A stretch of 44,932 nucleotides of DNA from Citrobacter phage phiNP, in the sequence record OR565852; one strand, 5' to 3'. The position numbers and the translations under genes are program-made. Under the pieces are notes generated by a model. It saw only the letters and a list, made by a program, of their open reading frames with translations, ran no database searches and was not told the origin of the DNA. Shown here in pieces: positions 43,926-44,932 of this stretch (positions within the stretch are counted from its first letter, which is position 1; each line of letters starts with the position of its first letter).

Positions 43926-44807
43926 ATGCGTTTTAACACCCCACTTCGTTATCCTGGCGGCAAAGGCAAGCTTTCTAATTTCATGCTTCGGATTATTGAA
44001 GATAATAAGCTTTCGCCTATACATTATGCAGAGCCATATGCTGGGGGTGCTGGTTTAGCGCTGAAGCTGTTACACTTAAATGTAGCTGAAAAAATCATTC
44101 TTAATGATATTAATATCTCAGTTTATGCTTTTTGGCACAGTGTATTAAATAATGCAGATCATTTATGTGCTTTAATTGAGGATACTGAAGTCACAATGGA
44201 TGAGTGGTTCAAACAGAAAGAAATAATTAATCATCCAAGAGACCATGATATGCTAACAATTGGTTTTTCTACCTTTTTTCTTAATAGAACAAATCGTTCT
44301 GGAATATTAAAAGGCGGTGTAATTGGTGGTAAAAATCAAGAAGGGCAATGGAAACTTGATGCTCGTTATAACAAGAGCGATTTAATTTCTCGGATTCAGA
44401 AAATATCAAAAAACCGTGAAAGAATAGATTTGTATAACATGGATGCAATTGATTTCATAAAAAAAATAGTTGTTCAATTGCCTAAAAAATCATTAACATA
44501 TTTAGATCCGCCATATTATATAAAAGGTAAGGGATTATATATCAATCATTATGAACATAGTGACCATGTTAATGTTGCAAAAGTAGTGCAGCATGATATT
44601 AAAACACCGTGGATTGTTTCTTACGATAACACTCCTGAGATCCAAGGTATGTATAAGGCATCATCATTAGTGTATGGAATAAACTACAGTGCTCAAGATC
44701 GATATAAGGGCTCAGAAGTGATGTTCTTCAGTAAACGATTGAAAGTCTTTAAAACCGATGATCCAACTAAGGTAAAAGCACCTACCAATAAAAATGCTAT
44801 GAGCTAG
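43926..44807 (+). CDS. Dam-like (D12 class, alpha) N6-adenine DNA methyltransferase in an AT-rich cargo cassette.
   Basis: …LRYPGGKGKL… matches the Dam KWAGGK motif. Motif I is …AEPYAGGAGL… and motif IV is …YLDPPYY…. A TTGACA -35 element lies upstream at 43906. Confidence 0.7.
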   Translation: MRFNTPLRYPGGKGKLSNFMLRIIEDNKLSPIHYAEPYAGGAGLALKLLHLNVAEKIILNDINISVYAFWHSVLNNADHLCALIEDTEVTMDEWFKQKEIINHPRDHDMLTIGFSTFFLNRTNRSGILKGGVIGGKNQEGQWKLDARYNKSDLISRIQKISKNRERIDLYNMDAIDFIKKIVVQLPKKSLTYLDPPYYIKGKGLYINHYEHSDHVNVAKVVQHDIKTPWIVSYDNTPEIQGMYKASSLVYGINYSAQDRYKGSEVMFFSKRLKVFKTDDPTKVKAPTNKNAMS

Positions 44808-44892
44808 ACGACTACCCACGGACAGAAAAAGCGCCGTAAAAGAGCCGCAGCAAAGTCACTTTTTAATAAATCATTTTTAATCAAAAAGATAA

Positions 44893-44932
44893 TAAGTTTC
44901 GGACGCTGGTTCAACTCCCGCCAGCTCCACCA
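44893..44932 (+). repeat. attR: a second copy of the ssrA 3' end (AAGTTTCGGACGCT + the 25-nt core GGTTCAACTCCCGCCAGCTCCACCA).
   Basis: The 25-mer at 44908-44932 is identical to 1-25. The 15 nt upstream imitate ssrA imperfectly (tttcggacgcTggttc versus native …tttcggacgcGggttc), as expected for a phage-borne mimic of the gene end. Confidence 0.7.

Overview
This 44.9 kb window appears to hold a complete prophage integrated into the 3' end of the tmRNA gene ssrA. The 25-nt ssrA core 'GGTTCAACTCCCGCCAGCTCCACCA' is directly repeated at 1-25 (attL) and 44908-44932 (attR).

The phage is a hybrid. The immunity, replication, Q/late-promoter, lysis, terminase and head modules are lambda-like (Nu1/A/W/B/C/scaffold/D/E/FII-like). 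The contractile tail is P2/Mu-like: sheath, tube, an E/E' chaperone pair with a TTTTTTG -1 frameshift, a tape measure with an SLT domain, baseplate proteins, and a tail fibre with Tfa. All late and replication genes lie on the minus strand. cI (S24 repressor), a CPS-53-like yfdPQRST early-left block, xis and a tyrosine integrase lie on the plus strand.

The cargo is dense. Next to attL there is an SOS-boxed dinI, a hicAB toxin-antitoxin pair and an AT-rich hexapeptide O-acetyltransferase. Between the lysis genes and cos there is a DXD glycosyltransferase plus two GT42/DUF115-like transferases. There are five DNA methyltransferases of four classes, including a C5-MTase with about six tandem TRD-like repeats.

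The strongest novelty candidate is an AT-rich two-gene cassette wedged between int and attR. It encodes an OLD-family ABC-ATPase/TOPRIM nuclease-like protein and a Dam-like (D12) adenine methyltransferase. Together they look like a possible R-M-like defence pair. A second unexplained feature is an ORF-free ~0.87 kb leader transcribed from a pL-like promoter guarded by a CI-operator-like palindrome.
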